Shown here: positions 63,587 through 64,000 of the stretch, piece after piece | Layout of the letters: each line of letters starts with the position of its first letter | How positions within the stretch are numbered: position 1 is the first letter of the stretch | Source of the DNA: Arenicellales bacterium | GTDB lineage: Bacteria; Pseudomonadota; Gammaproteobacteria; Arenicellales; JAJDZL01 | Assembly (NCBI GenBank): GCA_965202855.1 | Contig: CBDBBP010000004.1 | Coordinates: 807,776 to 871,775 of the forward strand | Direction of reading: 5' to 3' | Length of the DNA stretch: 64,000 bases | Position numbers and translations under genes: made by a program | The notes under the pieces: model-generated | What the model saw: the letters and a program-made list of their open reading frames with translations, nothing else | Database searches by the model: none | What the model was told of the DNA's origin: nothing

Positions 63587-64000
63587 TTACTTGCGGACAC
63601 CTGGTCCATTGAATTTCAAACCGTTGCTCATGAAAGTCATGAAATATTCTAGATTTCGGTACTCAGGACTTTGTGCTTTAAAGGGCTTGGCCCGCACTTG
63701 TTGATTACAGCCGCTGAAGCGACGATGCAAAGTGCCAACTGCACCCCACTCCGAACGATAAACTGGAAAATGGCTGGGATGTCCCAAACCCGGACTGAGA
63801 GTTTCAGTGCGAAGTCTTCCACCGGAAGCGCCAACGTGACAGTCCGAACAAGAAAAATTGAGCTGACCGCGCTTGGTGTAATAAAACTGTTTGCCCGCTT
63901 CATAGGCGGCCAGTGCACGAGGGTCATCGGGAACAACCACATTGATGGTTTGACCGCGAGAGGTAAACGCCATGTAAGCCGAAATTGCCGCGAGATCACC
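63587..64000 (-). CDS. soxA: SoxA cytochrome c subunit, C-terminal part (ORF open to the window end)
   Basis: Haem motif CSDCH and the conserved LHRRFSGCNQQVRAKPF...EYRNLEYFMTFMSNGLKFNGPGVRK (the active-site Cys region). The frame stays open upstream of the listed Met (..GDLAAISAYMAFTSRG), so the gene continues beyond 64000. Confidence 0.85.
   Translation of the reverse strand, partial: GDLAAISAYMAFTSRGQTINVVVPDDPRALAAYEAGKQFYYTKRGQLNFSCSDCHVGASGGRLRTETLSPGLGHPSHFPVYRSEWGAVGTLHRRFSGCNQQVRAKPFKAQSPEYRNLEYFMTFMSNGLKFNGPGVRK

Overview
This 64 kb segment looks like a gammaproteobacterial chromosome with AT-rich intergenic regions. Its gene content suggests a marine methylated-amine-using, sulfur-oxidising lineage; that taxon guess is inference only.

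Backbone, in order:
- A broken McrBC restriction locus (1-2064).
- The conserved tRNA-Leu/tig/clpP/clpX/lon block (2496-8721).
- A four-gene operon of HpaB-like oxygenase, RidA, class III aminotransferase and a TMADH-family amine dehydrogenase (9637-15133).
- A DUF1127 gene, leuCD, a secreted nuclease, a DMT transporter, tRNA-Val and a HAD dehalogenase plus MFS pair.
- A second module of APC permease plus TMADH-family dehydrogenase (27032-30727).
- A methylated-amine island (35597-52571): an FMO-like gene, tdm, a LIV/HAAT-type ABC importer, tmm, orf132-mgsCBA-gmaS and a TauD-like gene.
- The edge of a sox cluster (60782-64000).

Three visibly GC-richer junkyards interrupt this backbone (22483-26326, 31060-35590, 52600-59500). 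They hold eight mobile-element genes, and every one is inactivated or truncated:
- an IS4-family element with an in-frame stop;
- an IS1380-like/Tn5-like chimera;
- a Mu/TnsB-like HTH stub;
- a tnpB with a frameshift plus a stop;
- an ISL3 stub;
- a frameshifted IS1595;
- a tyrosine recombinase pseudogene.

The junkyards also carry two RelE/ParE-type TA pairs, a 17-codon DNA methyltransferase stub next to a G13 tract, and an orphan 617 aa protein with an XPB-N-terminal-like domain. I saw no CRISPR array, rRNA or intact transposase.

Most worth follow-up:
- the HpaB/RidA/aminotransferase/amine-dehydrogenase operon;
- the two TMADH paralogs that lack the trimethylamine aromatic bowl;
- the Tat-exported, Trp-rich LIV-type binding protein and ABC system embedded between tdm and tmm;
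- the His-rich extended trigger factor;
- the orphan 617 aa protein;
- a pair of 124 bp AT-rich repeats of unknown nature.

All family calls rest on motif reading of the translations. No database search was run.
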